Source of the DNA: Fistulifera solaris
Taxonomy: Eukaryota
Direction of reading: 5' to 3'
Assembly (NCBI GenBank): GCA_030295235.1
Contig: AP026152.1
Location: forward strand, 682,001-746,000
Length of the DNA stretch: 64,000 nt
How positions within the stretch are numbered: the first letter of the stretch is position 1; every line of letters begins with the position of its first letter. This document shows, one piece after another, positions 11,035 to 23,007 of the stretch. A program made the position numbers and the translations under genes. The notes under the pieces are model-generated. The model ran no database searches and was not told where the DNA came from. It was given only the letters and a program-made list of their open reading frames with translations.

Positions 11035-11570
11035 TGAAACAGTGGAAGGGTACAACGCTTCCAGTGTTTACGCATATTTTACGTAGCTCTCGTATGGAAA
11101 TTTATCGACAGAGGGGGCACCCGGATATTCTGTAAATTCGATCAGACCATTTTTCGCGTCTTTTGGACATTAATGTCAACAATACTTTGCCCAACTCGCT
11201 TATGCGAGCCATGCAACAATAATCGACTCTGATTGGAAAGAGAAAGATGAAACAGTAGAAAGATACAACGCTTCCGTTGTCTACACGTAATGTACGTAGC
11301 CGCCGTTGGAAATTAAAATAAAATGTAGGGGCACCCGTATATTGTGTAGTTCGACATCATTCATTTATTGGATCTACAGCATTCAGATGTCCAACATTTC
11401 CTCGCCCACCGTACCTGGTATTCGCTTCGTGTAAGGAAGCAATAACCGCCCTCGATTTGAAAAACACAACGTTTGATGGAACGAATGATGCAACGCTTCG
11501 AAAGTAGACGTAGATTTCACGTAGCTCTCGTGGGGAAATTATTTATCGACAGAGGGTAACCCGCACATCT
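11035..11570 (+). repeat. Diverged tandem repeat, ~214-225-bp units, three cores (family B)
   Basis: CAACGCTTC...ACGTAG...GGAAATT...ACCCG cores at ~11050, 11264, 11489; homologous to 60426-61603. Confidence 0.85.
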
Positions 11571-11911
11571 ATCACCTCTATAAGGATAAGGTACTGGTGA
11601 AGGCTTTGATCGGAACGACGAGAACCGAAGACGTGTCCGAATCTCCGCCGCATCGACTATGATGCGAAAAGAACAAGAACGGCGCCGCGTGTTTTTCGAT
11701 CGAACGTTTGACTGGCAGTTTGCGCTTTGCGCATACCGCAACGGACACCCTTCGAAAGGAAAAAAAGGCTTTTTGTATCGCACCATTTTCGTTGAATAGT
11801 TTGCTTCCTGCAGTTAAAAAAACTTATAATAAGCTAGCAATAGTATTCTCTTGCAACGAAGGTATCATTCATTTGATTCGCTAGACGAATGTAGAAAAGG
11901 TGGCAATCATC

Positions 11912-13691
11912 ATGGAAGAAACGATTGCTCGAACCGACGAACGAATGCCGCAAGAAGATGTTCATCATCCGTTTGTGACCGAACCGGAGGAAGAACCAGG
12001 ACTCTTTCAACTTTTTGCGGGCATGAAAGAAGATCTCGCGGCGCGCATTCCTCTTTACGTGAATGATTGGGGTGCTCCAAAACACTTCTTTACTGTTTTT
12101 AATGCAACGATTTACGCTTTTGTGATTCAACTCATTCCGGCTCTCATCTTTGCGGAACTCATGGCTACAGAAACCGAAGGAAATTTGGCAGTGATCGAGA
12201 TTTTGTTGAGTACAGGAATTATGGGAGTCATTTATGCGGTATTTGCGGGGCAACCGATTGTTATTATGGGTGTGACAGGTCCAGTGGCTATCTTGTTGGG
12301 AACTTCGTACAAACTCACGGAACAATTCAATGCCGAGTACTTTCCCTTCTTCTTCTGGACGTGTCTTTGGGCTGGTCTCCTGCATATTATTACGGCCATG
12401 GTGGGCTTGGTTTCGTTGGTTTGGATTGTCACGCCCTTTACGACACAAATATTTGAATTGTTCATCGGCTTGACATTTGTTTATTCCGCCATAAAAGAAT
12501 TGGTTGAGCCGATTGCGCTGACACAAGGTGGGCTTCAAGAAGATCGAAGTCAACAGTATGCTTCGCTTATCATTGGTCTTATTACGTTGTGGGTGGCGTG
12601 GACCTTGCATTTTGCTGAAACGTGGTCTTTCTTTACCCGCGGTACACGTGTGTTCTTGACGAGTTACAATACCATCATTGCGGTGGCTTTGGGTACGGCC
12701 TTTAGTTATTTACCTGGTGTGGATCTTTCCGATGAAGATCAAGTGGGGATTGAGCGTGTCAATGTTACGGCTCCGTGGGACTGGAAACCCACCGCTGAAC
12801 GAAAATGGATCGTTCATCCACTGGAAGGCATTGATGCTCAGGGCATTGCAGCAGCTTTTGTACCTGGTCTCATGTTCTTCTTGTTGTTCATTATTGATCA
12901 TAACGTCAGTTCGATCATGACGCAAAAGCCCAAGTTCAATTTGAAGAAGCCTCCCGCCTACCATTGGGACTTTTTTGTGCTCGGTCTCACCTTCATTCCC
13001 TGTGCGGTACTGGGCGTACCGCCAGGAAATGCGCTTATTCCACAAGCTCCATTGCACGTCCGAGCACTATGTACCCGTCGCTATTTGGTGGATGATCATG
13101 GTGTCGAACGGGAAGTGGTGATTCACTGCGAAGAACAGCGATGGTCGGGGTTGGGTCAAGCTTTTTTAATGTTTGTTGCCCTGGTGTCATTGGAAGTCGT
13201 GAGCTGGATTCCAAGAGGATGTCTGTTTGGCTTGTTCCTTTATTTGGGTATTTGCGCGTTCTACGGCAATGAAATTTGGGAGCGCATCAACTTGACCTTC
13301 ATGCAACCTTCGAAACGTCCCGCCACTTCGATTGTTCGTAACGTGGCATGGGGCAGTGTCATGATCTATACGGTGACTCAATTTGTTCTCGCATTTTCCG
13401 TGTTCTCGATTGCTCAGTTTGCCAGTGTAGGTAAGTATTGCTGGAAGAGTGGTAAATGCAGGACTTGATTAATGCGCCCATTCCTCCGATTCCGCAGGAT
13501 ACCTTTACCCCGCCTTGTTGATAGCTTTGGTCCCCATTCGCAGTTATATCGTGAGTCGTATTTTGAGTGCCGATGATTTGGATTACCTGGATCCGTCGAG
13601 CGAGTCCGCAGAAGAATTTGTAGAACAACAAGAGTTGATTGAAAAGGCTTTACGCATGGAGTCAGATACGTCTGGCGAAGACAACAATTAA
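11912..13691 (+). CDS. SLC4/BOR1-family anion (bicarbonate/borate) transporter, 2 exons
   Basis: AGQPIVIMGVTGP, DHNVSS, YHWDF, PQAPLH and EQR motifs; intron 13431-13497 (GTAAGT..CAG) leaves an open frame to TAA at 13691. Confidence 0.9.
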
Positions 13692-13909
13692 AAGGGAACA
13701 CTGATTGTGACCTGCAAGTCGTAGCGATGGCACAACAATCGAGGATGGTAGTACTTTGGAGCAGTCCACACCATTACCCACAGACTTATCTTAGCCATCA
13801 TGTACATAGAATTTCATTTAAGTTTTTCTTTGCTTATTGAACCTAAAGCCTTTGGGTAAATATACTCAAGAAAACTTAATTCATTCAGCGTACCAAGACG
13901 TTTGAGCTC

Positions 13910-14383
13910 TATGAATGAGAATGCAACTGGTCCAGAATTTCTGGACCAACCCAGATTTTCTGTACGAATGAAATGCAACTGGTCCAGAATTTATGGACCA
14001 ACCCAGATTTTCTGTACAGTAGGAATAAAATACAACTGGTCCAGAATTTCTGGACCAACCCCAGATTTTCTGTAAAAATGAAAAACAAGTGGTCCAGAAT
14101 TTCTGGACCAACCCCCAGATTTTCTGTAGGAATGAAATACAACTGGTCCAGAATTTCTGGTCCATCCCAGATTTTCTGTGTGAAAGAATACAACTGGTCC
14201 AGAATTTCTGGACCAACCCCCAGATTTTCTGTACGAATGAAAAACAACTGGTCCAGAATTTCTGGACCATCCCAGATATTTTCTGTGAAAGAAATACAAC
14301 TGATCCAGAATTTCTGGACCAACCCCCAGATTTTCTGTATGAATGAAATGCAACTGGTCCAGAATTTTTGGACCGACCCAAAT
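13910..14383. repeat. Minisatellite, ~51-57-bp unit x9, with 19-bp palindrome GGTCCAGAATTTCTGGACC (family C)
   Basis: Palindrome starts at 13929, 13981, 14038, 14091, 14145, 14196, 14250, 14302, 14356. Confidence 0.95.
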
Positions 14384-14499
14384 GGGCGAACGAGGGATGG
14401 TAATGAAGTCGACATTGCTTTGTTGTGATGTCAAAGGCGACGTTATATTTTTGTGAAGGGTATCGCGATACAAGCGCGACAAATGAAAAAGTTGTATTT

Positions 14500-15231
14500 C
14501 ATGACTACCGTGCAATCCAGTCTTGAGTGGCGTAAATCAACACTCTTTTCATAGCGAAAATTGTAGGTGTCGATCCTCGGATTTTCGACGTGAAAAATAA
14601 AAGAAACTCTTAACAAGTAGTTCAGATTCATCGTTGTTACGACTTTCCTTACCCGTCATTATAATTATATTCGCAGTTGAATGACAATGGACGGATAAGA
14701 GAGGCGCAAAACGGAACCCTTTGTTTTTCGGTTCACGACTACTGTACAATTGAGTCTTGGGTGGCGTAAACCAACACTCTTTTCATAGTGAAAATTGTAG
14801 GTGTCGATCCTCGGATTTTCGACGTGAAAAATAAAAGAAAGTCTTAACAAGTAGTTCAGATTCATCATTGTTGCGACTTTACTTACCCGTCATTATAATT
14901 ATATTCGCAGTTGAATGACAATGGACGGATGCGAGAAACGCAAAACGGAACCCTTTGTTTTTCGGTTCACGACTACTGTACAACTGAGTCTTGGGTGGCG
15001 TAAACCAACACTCTTTTCATAGTGAAAATTGTAGGTGTCGATCCTCGGATTTTCGACGTGAAAAATAAAAGAAACTCTTAACGAGTAGTTCAGATTCATC
15101 ATTGTTGCGAGTTTACTTACCCGTCATTATAATTATATTCGCAGCTGAATGACAATGGACGGATGCGAGAGACGTAAAACGGAACCCTTTGATTTTCGGT
15201 TCATGACTACTGTACAATTGAGTCTTGGGTG
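14500..15231 (-). repeat. Tandem repeat, 234-bp unit, ~3.1 copies (family A, inverted)
   Basis: Near-identical units 234 bp apart; the reverse complement aligns with the 242-bp unit at 5865-6889. Confidence 0.95.
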
Positions 15232-15488
15232 CAAGGCTGCCTTGACCCAAATAATTCATTCTCTACTACGTACTTGTATTAGAATAAACCTTATTGCTGG
15301 AAGACCCCAGCTTTTTGTAAAGCCAGATGCGGCACTCGATGATTGACGTGGCGCAATAAAAAAAGAAACGCTCGCACAGCAATCCACATTCGCATCAACG
15401 AGAATAATAAAGGTGAGAGACGACAATGTTATTATCGTTGTCGTCTCCGCTCTTACTTAATTGACATTATTACAGCTACCTCCCCAAG

Positions 15489-16439
15489 ATGAAATTGTAC
15501 GCGATTACTATTTTGAGCGCGCTGTTCGCTTTGATTGAATCGTTTGCCCTTCCGAGAATACATTCTACGAGAGCAACAAACCTCCTTCATCGTCACGATG
15601 CTATTCTTCCTCTCAACAATTTACTCGACGAATCGGTTGTCAATACCATCAACACAACATCCGAAAAGCAACAGTCTGTTTTGTCTGCATTAATTGACAA
15701 CAACGACTCCGCGAGCCGCACAGCATCATTGATTCCGATTTTGGGAATGTTGACTGGTTTGACGGGCGTTCTTTGTTATCGTCGTTTCAACTGTTTTCTA
15801 CACATGATGACGGGATGCACGTTTCGGGCGGCGACTTCGTTGGTCGAAGGCAGTTGGAGTGCGGCAGCACTCGATGTGGGCATCATTCTGTCCTTTATTA
15901 CCGGCACAGCCTGTTTTCGCCTCATCGAAACAAAGCAAGCGTCAACGACTTTTCCTTTGCCTCTTGCCGTGGCACTTTCATCGTCGACAGCTTTTTGTCT
16001 TTCGGATTTATTTTACTGTCAATCCTCTGTGCTTTCGCGTCTCGTGTGTCCGCTCTTGGCGTTTGGTTTTGGCATCTTGAACGCTTTCTCGACCACTGTT
16101 TTGGGTGTCGTCACGTCGGCGGCCACGGGTCATTACACGAAGATTGGATTGGGTTGCGCCGAAGCGATATTGTTGGGCGAGAACAAGAATGCGCAAACGA
16201 GTCAAGCCTATTTGAAAGGATTCGTCTCCTCGGTACTCTTGGTTTCAATCCTCTATCGACAGTTGACGACGCGATGGACTGGGCTCATTGTTCCACCACC
16301 ACTGGGCGTTACATTGGCTTTGATTTATACCACAGTCTTTGCCTGGTACAGCTACGGCTTTCCATTTTTGAACATTCGGTGGAAAGAAATGTTGAATAAA
16401 AACTACGATAAGAAGCTACGGAACGTAAATCCTTGCTAA
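15489..16439 (+). CDS. DUF1275/YoaK-like membrane protein with plastid-type leader
   Basis: Signal peptide ending IES-F; duplicated MMTG / ATGH motifs; several transmembrane segments. Confidence 0.65.
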   Translation: MKLYAITILSALFALIESFALPRIHSTRATNLLHRHDAILPLNNLLDESVVNTINTTSEKQQSVLSALIDNNDSASRTASLIPILGMLTGLTGVLCYRRFNCFLHMMTGCTFRAATSLVEGSWSAAALDVGIILSFITGTACFRLIETKQASTTFPLPLAVALSSSTAFCLSDLFYCQSSVLSRLVCPLLAFGFGILNAFSTTVLGVVTSAATGHYTKIGLGCAEAILLGENKNAQTSQAYLKGFVSSVLLVSILYRQLTTRWTGLIVPPPLGVTLALIYTTVFAWYSYGFPFLNIRWKEMLNKNYDKKLRNVNPC

Positions 16440-16449
16440 CGTGAATCAA

Positions 16450-18155
16450 TTAACCACTTTGGTTCAAGAGACGCAAGGTCATACGTTGAATGGCCGCAAC
16501 GAGACGAACCTTCAGTTTGCTGCAAGACGTGCGATTGGCCAAGGATACCATCCAAGGGAGTAAATTCGACCTCTTCACGAACGAGTCGATGCCATGTTCC
16601 GTTGTCAAGATGAGATCCAGTAGAATATTCAATGCAACGACGAGGGTAGAACGATCTTTAGTTTCATTGCTTGTGATGAAGTCAGCCAAAGCATTTACAA
16701 AGTCATCGCATTGAAGAAAGTAACAGTGATTTTGCGAGTCGGAAACAAGAGTCTTGCACATTTGTACGACAGCGGCTCGCTCTTGTTGTGGCCCGTTGTT
16801 AAGGATCACACTCATTTTCTCCACAAAGCTCGTTTGACAAAAAGTGCTTCCGCCATAGATGGTTTCCAGAATAGTTGATCTTGCACCATAGCCAAAGCTT
16901 GAGAGCGTACAGGGGCACGTGAACTAGCCATCAAGTTAACGGCGCGGCTTAGAACATTTTCTTCTTGCAGGCACTTTGAAGCGGCTTTCAGATAGCAAGC
17001 AGCTGCATGTTCCGTGCCGAGAAGGCTGTTGCCATCTGCTGCAGTTGCCATTCTTGCCAGTGTTTCTAAAATACCTGCTTTTAGGCATGCGACGACAGGT
17101 AAATCATCACTAGTCACAATGCGAACTAGCAAGTCCAAGATTTTCTGTACGAGTGATGCGTCGCTCTCTGTTGATGCGCCTTCCATCAAGGCTTGCACTA
17201 CACATTCCATGTTCGATGCAAATATACCCACAGGCCCATTGTCCAGCTCGTGACTTTTCACGACAGCATCTAGGATCTCGAAGGCCGAGCTTCGAATAGC
17301 TTTGCTGTCATGAAGCAAATTCTTTTGGCAGTAAGGATGCAACATTTTCGTCTACCTATCTCTGCGAAATGCGTGCTCGAAATCATTAACGTTGCGAGAG
17401 CTTTTATAGCTTGCTCCGCGTTGGGATCGGTACTCGTTGTAGCCGAAACGCTGAGTATAGAAATAAGACGTCGACAATTTTCGGCATCGACTTTAAACAC
17501 TGTGCTGCTCTCGAGTGTCAAGAAGCATGTCACAGATAGCGCAGCCTCTTTTCGAACATCCGTGGGCATTTTCTCATCGAGTAAAGGCGTTGTTGACTTT
17601 AGGAATTCCGGTGGGAGTTGGTCCAACAGAGGAGCGAGACGGTGCATTATGCTGACGGCATTGATCACTGTCGTTAGTTGTAGCGAGTCGTAGCTTTCTA
17701 TTGACAGCATCATGTGCGCTACATACGGAACTGATTCAACAAGATGCTGCTTCATCGTAGCATAACGAGATGACTTCAATTCCGAGTCGGAACAGCGCAA
17801 TATCAGAGCTAGTGCTCTACATAGAACTGAAATGTGGAGTTTTGTCGCATTCTGGACTGTATTGGATTCCGCTGCGTCAGATACGCTTGATTCGAGCGAC
17901 TGTTGATGAAGACGGCATTGTTCACAGAGTGACTTAGCAAAAGCTTCCGCGGTTCCATTTCTTAATATTGCATCGCAACCTTTCGAGTCCAAACGTTCGA
18001 AGTATTGAGAAACTCTCTCGAAGAGAAGACTTGGGTCTTCTTTCATCGCTTTCGCGCACATACCTGCAGAGTAATACAGTAGTTATACGTACAAGGCCAA
18101 TAACATAAATTATCGACTCCGCAAGAAACTTACTGTGCTCCTGGAAACTTTCCAT
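16450..18155 (-). CDS. Helical ARM/HEAT-like hypothetical protein (intron 18064-18133; frameshifts at ~17325 and ~16834)
   Basis: Three consecutive Leu/Ala-rich ORFs that join by single-A insertions; GTAAGT..CAG intron in phase. Confidence 0.55.
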
Positions 18156-18549
18156 TGCGATGAAAAGCTAGTTGCCGACGTGCCTCACGCCTTGAGCTTG
18201 CTGTGAATAATCGACTTTTATGATGAGATCCCTTTTAATGCCATGAAACATTTCACTTGTACCAGGTATTCATTTGTTTTCTTTTCGGGAGGTTTGAAAG
18301 ACTTCCCCCCAAAGCCTTAGACCAGTGGTACTTTCTACCTTAGAGTCTTTTTTGGTACATAACCTACAAAATTCCTACGTGGGAAAATATTGGCGCGCGT
18401 CAAAAATCTCGTCCTCTTTTTTTTATTTCTTCGCTTTGCACAAAGAAAAGGGTGTCATTGCTCATTGTTTTTCGATAACTTTGACTGACTTTGAAATCTT
18501 GCTTCTTCTTTCTTCTAATCGCAACTTTTCTTTTGGCTTACTATTCAAT

Positions 18550-19014
18550 ATGGCTTCCGTTATTAATTTGTTAGCGTCGGACGACGAAGATGACCTGCCA
18601 ACTTCTTCGGGTTTGAGATACAATCCTTCGACGACTGCTGAAGCCCGTCCAGCCGCATCTACTACGACTGCTACACCTGCCATCGCCGCTGTTCGTACAA
18701 CTTTCGCGCTGAGCACGGTCACACCTGCCACGAAAACAATAGCGCCGCCCAAAAAGAAGCAAAAAACCGCCTCGAAAGCTTTTGCGGTGTTGTGGGTCTG
18801 CACGCACGGCAAAGGACGCAGTAGCACTTGGCGCAAGAAGGACTTGCAAGTCATGGGTGTTTATCCATCCAAAGCGGCGGCAGAAGAAGCCAAGAAACAA
18901 ATCATGAGTCGACACGAGTGTTACGGTCATGGAGATATTTGTGTTGGTCATACATGGGAAGATGAAATTGATTTGGTCATTCGTGAAGCTCCTCTCCACT
19001 TGGAAGAATCTTGA
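18550..19014 (+). CDS. Hypothetical protein
   Basis: ATG at 18550 (MASVINLL); low-complexity linker, KKKQK basic patch, compact C-terminal domain. Confidence 0.6.
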   Translation: MASVINLLASDDEDDLPTSSGLRYNPSTTAEARPAASTTTATPAIAAVRTTFALSTVTPATKTIAPPKKKQKTASKAFAVLWVCTHGKGRSSTWRKKDLQVMGVYPSKAAAEEAKKQIMSRHECYGHGDICVGHTWEDEIDLVIREAPLHLEES

Positions 19015-19647
19015 ATTCTATGATGTCTCCTGGAAATCGTCTACAAAATCTATCTGGAACTCTATGGTCTTGAATAAAGAATGCTTGTTTACTGCAACAT
19101 CGCATTATAAAAATTAGCTTCGGCGCACGATACTTTGTAAACTCTCTTGCTTGAATGCCTTCAACATTTATTAGGCGTCATAACATAAAAAGGAATACTT
19201 GCACAATCTAATAGATTTGTCTCCTGGTAAGCTACAAAAAGTTCTTTTGCGCGTATTCTGCCTTTGGCACTATTTCTGACCCTGAATTCAATGTAGATTG
19301 ATGCCAATGAATGAGGTTTTCCTAGCTGATGTAAGCCCTGGATTGATTTGGTGGCTAAATACTGCTTACGTGAGCAGCTCTTCTTCCTTTTCTGAAGAAA
19401 AGATTGCTACAAAATGTAAGTATAACGTTGTACATGTCCCGATCGGATGGAATTTCCGTCCCGGAAGTGATTTATCTTAATCATTCCCTAGCCTAACGTT
19501 ACTTTTTCAGATGTCTCTTTTGGAAGGTGAACACATAATAACTTTTACTTGATATTGTGGATGCTAAAGGTATTTGTTAGATGACTTTAGAGTCAAATTC
19601 AGTTCAAGCAATATTCACTATATGTCCAAAGTGTTGTCCGTTTTCGA

Positions 19648-19670
19648 CATGACTGACTTTCAGTCATGAG
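19648..19670. promoter_or_regulatory. 23-bp palindrome, copy 3 (perfect 9-bp arms)
   Basis: catgactga-ctt-tcagtcatg, ~135 bp upstream of the zf-HIT ATG. Confidence 0.45.
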
Positions 19671-19804
19671 ACGTGTTTTCTATTGCAGCGCAAATTCGCA
19701 GCAATAATCAATCACCAATCACCAATCAATTGTCTAGAAGATCATCAAAGTCTGTTTATTTATTCATTACAACGAAAGACCACCGAGAAGCTCCTTACTG
19801 CCTC

Positions 19805-20653
19805 ATGTCGCAAGTACGAAATAGGCGAGATCAATATGCAAATCAAGGGCGTAAGCGATCGAGAAGCAATCAACGACACAATCGGCCTCCGAATGTCAAT
19901 GATACGAAGGAGAAAATATCCATTGTATTGTGTTCCGTTTGCGAGCAGGAGCCCCAGCCGAAATATAAATGCCCAAAATGTCGAGCGACTTATTGTAGCG
20001 TCGCTTGTTGTCGTCAACACAAGGAAAACGGCTGTGTGAATGCATCGGCTTCCCCCGTTGCTACAGTTGACGCTACTGCTAACAGCAAGTATGTAAGAGA
20101 TGCATCAAAATTTGCGCCAGAGAAACTCGTAGCCCGGAAACGGTCTAGTCAAGGCAACAACAACGCGGAGGATTGGGAAGAGGGATGGATGATTACCTCG
20201 GAAATGAAAACACGCATACAGACGAATGAGTGGCTTCGCACAGAACTTCGAGATTGTGGGTTAAGGCATCTTCTGGTTCAAATTTATGAGGCACCGAATG
20301 TAGTTTCCAAAAATAAGCGAAATCATGGAGCGGACGCTCAAACGGAGCAGGAACAAGTGCTGGAGAAAATCAAGGAAGAAAATCCTCAATTCAAATCGTT
20401 TCTGGACAAATTATCGCTCGTTGCTGGTGTTCTAGAATACTCAGGCCCAGCAAAAATAAACGACTTGCTGCCTCGTGATCTAGATGAAATCAGAGAACAC
20501 CTCACGCTTGTTCCTGACAAGAAACGATCTTCAACGAATGCAATCGCTGATCGAATAGATGATTTGACCGATGACGGAGAGGATTCCACAACTAGTGGCG
20601 ACAACGATTCAAGTAGCGCTGCCAGTACGAGTGCCGACTCGGATAGTGAGTGA
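19805..20653 (+). CDS. zf-HIT zinc-finger protein (ZNHIT3/Hit1-like)
   Basis: CSVC...KYKCPKCRATYCSVACCRQHK; Hit1-like C-terminal LRTELRD..LR..L. Confidence 0.8.
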   Translation: MSQVRNRRDQYANQGRKRSRSNQRHNRPPNVNDTKEKISIVLCSVCEQEPQPKYKCPKCRATYCSVACCRQHKENGCVNASASPVATVDATANSKYVRDASKFAPEKLVARKRSSQGNNNAEDWEEGWMITSEMKTRIQTNEWLRTELRDCGLRHLLVQIYEAPNVVSKNKRNHGADAQTEQEQVLEKIKEENPQFKSFLDKLSLVAGVLEYSGPAKINDLLPRDLDEIREHLTLVPDKKRSSTNAIADRIDDLTDDGEDSTTSGDNDSSSAASTSADSDSE

Positions 20654-20808
20654 TGCAGTGCATGTCAATGTGAGATATACAAACGGACTTTATTCTGATT
20701 TTATTGTAACAGTGATAGTGTAGTAATATATACGGAGTAATGAACTGGAGAAAGGAACATGGCTAACTCATCCATCGGTCTAAGCTGACCGTAGCAAGAT
20801 GAGTGCTT

Positions 20809-22196
20809 TCATCGCCCCAATTTGAGACAGGAATGCGAGATCCAAGAGTGTAGGCTATAGATGGTTGCGCACATTCTTTCTCGTGAGTGGGTAGTCAACA
20901 TGGCGGACAAGTCCTTGGCCTGACGGAAATCAGGTCTGCTGCGTCGAATATACGTTTCAGCAAAAGAACGAGCCTGCTCTGGAGAGATTTCCAAGTCCAA
21001 CGGAGCATGGTGTGTGCAGATGTAGCGCATGTGCTGCGTTAACAGTTGCAGCTGTCCGATGATCTGAACAGGAGATGGCGACGGTACAAACATAACACTT
21101 TTGGGAACCGCGGCGAGTTGATCCGCGACAATTTTAACTGCGGTACGTTCTTCCATGGAATCGCCGAAAGAAATGATTTCCCGTTGGCCGCAAGACTCGC
21201 GAGAAAAGCTAGAATCAAAGGATTCGTCGGATTCTAAACTTCCGGACGCTGTATTTACATCATCACTCTCGTCCGATGTGCTCTGGTTTTCGAAATACTC
21301 GTTGACCTCATGAGCAAAAGCGGCCGCCTTCCAGCAAAGGGTCTGTCCCGGGTAAAATTTCTCGTAGGCGGTTCTAGCTGAAACTATGCGGTATTTCTCG
21401 ATGATTGGAAGTAGGCAAGGAACAAATTTTTCGCACGAATAATGAACCCATCCTTCATCTGAATTTGTAATAATAATAACCTGCAAATAATCATTTGAAA
21501 ACAGGTGTTAGAAACAGGCTACCATATCAGGGCTGGGCACATGATGTAGAGCGGCGTGCGAACAGGAGCAATGAACCTGGAAACATAGACATAGTTTTCG
21601 GACGACAGGCGGACAGCAAGCACGTTGCGACAGCGTCCGGCGTCCACCAATTTGGGGCGATTTCGCGCCATTTCTGGAGTACATACTTATGATGTTACTT
21701 AACGGCGATTTAACCGTTTTGGTCTATTTTGCACCCTGGCGGCCGGCGGAGGAAAAACAAGACGCACCATGGCCGACCCGCAAAACTAGACGAAGCAACA
21801 CGATTCAAATAACTAATCAGTTGTCGATATGACAATGAATAAAACTCACCTCTCCGTATTTGGATGCCTCCTGTAAGCAGTGGGCGGCGTACTTGGCAAC
21901 ATCGGCGAAGAGATTTTGGAACTGCGATGATGTCAAGACAAAAAAGTTGTCAGTGATATCCGCTTAATAAAACAATTTGAAAGAGGAGTCGTCGCAGTAC
22001 AGTTCATCCATTAAGCGGACAGGGCTTGATTTGTTCAAATTTCAATTGCCGAGCTTGATACAAGGGGACTTACATGTTCTGCCATCTGGTCTACACGATC
22101 TATTTGATATCGATCGACGTACGTGGACGGGCAAATGGTGTCATCATAGTCAAAGATGATGATCTTTGAAGATTCTGGCCTGTCTCGTAACCCCAT
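20809..22196 (-). CDS. HAD-superfamily protein, 3 exons (22074-22196, 21850-21921, 20809-21480)
   Basis: FDYDDT (motif I), IITN (motif II), SFGDSMEE (motif IV); both introns GT-AG and in phase. Confidence 0.75.
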
Positions 22197-23007
22197 CGCG
22201 ATATGCAATGAAGACAAAGAAGAGTAGATGATTGCGCCGTTTTGAATTTATGAAAAGAAAAGAAAAATAGAGGGCAGCAGATCAAGCGAACGCCGAGAGC
22301 CGACAAGTTTTGAAAATATTTGTCCAACAGCGACGACTGTACCTGGCTCGTTTTGTCTTACACATTGCAATATACTGCCAACGGAGATTGGAGCGCGCGC
22401 GAAATTTCTCCTTGAGCTACATCTAACGATTTGAAAACAAGAATTCTACTCTTTGACCCCATAAATTCGAATATTTTTCTTATGTACTAGATTACATAGC
22501 CGAGAGCACGGTGCATATTATACGGTAATTTTCGTTTCGCCGTTATTCAGAAGTTAGAAATGTTTGAATCGGTACATTAAACTACTTCCGTCGCGCCAAA
22601 ATTTGATGGTTTGCGGTCGAAAATTCGAGCCCCGTTATCAATTCTTTATACTTACGTCAACGACTGTGTAGCCTGTTTCACACTTAGGCATCAAATTGCC
22701 TGACAAGCTAATTTGTTACATTGTTTAAAGCAGCCCGGCGTAAACGGAGTTGAAGAAGTGCAAAGTAACCTTTACAGAAGAGAATGGAACGAGGAACGAA
22801 GAACTTTCTTCATCGGCCTCCTCTTCTCATCATTGGACTTTTTAGTCACTCTAGCAAGAGAGGTCATCAATCCTAGAGAGTAACACGGAGGAACATTCAA
22901 CGGCATGCCTAAGGGCAGTGCTCAATCCAGGTTTACGATTTTAAGATCCATGGCTCTGAACTAGCTAATAATATCATTCTAAAAACATACGGCTAGCCAT
23001 TATTACC

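Noticed and set aside
13910..14383. CRISPR-like look (palindromic repeat plus spacers)
   Set aside because: The spacers are homologous to each other, there are no cas genes, and the context is eukaryotic.
13881..14515. Several overlapping 85-174-aa ORFs with repeated VQKFWT/GPEILDQ peptides
   Set aside because: They are translations of the palindromic minisatellite, open on both strands, with no coding signal.
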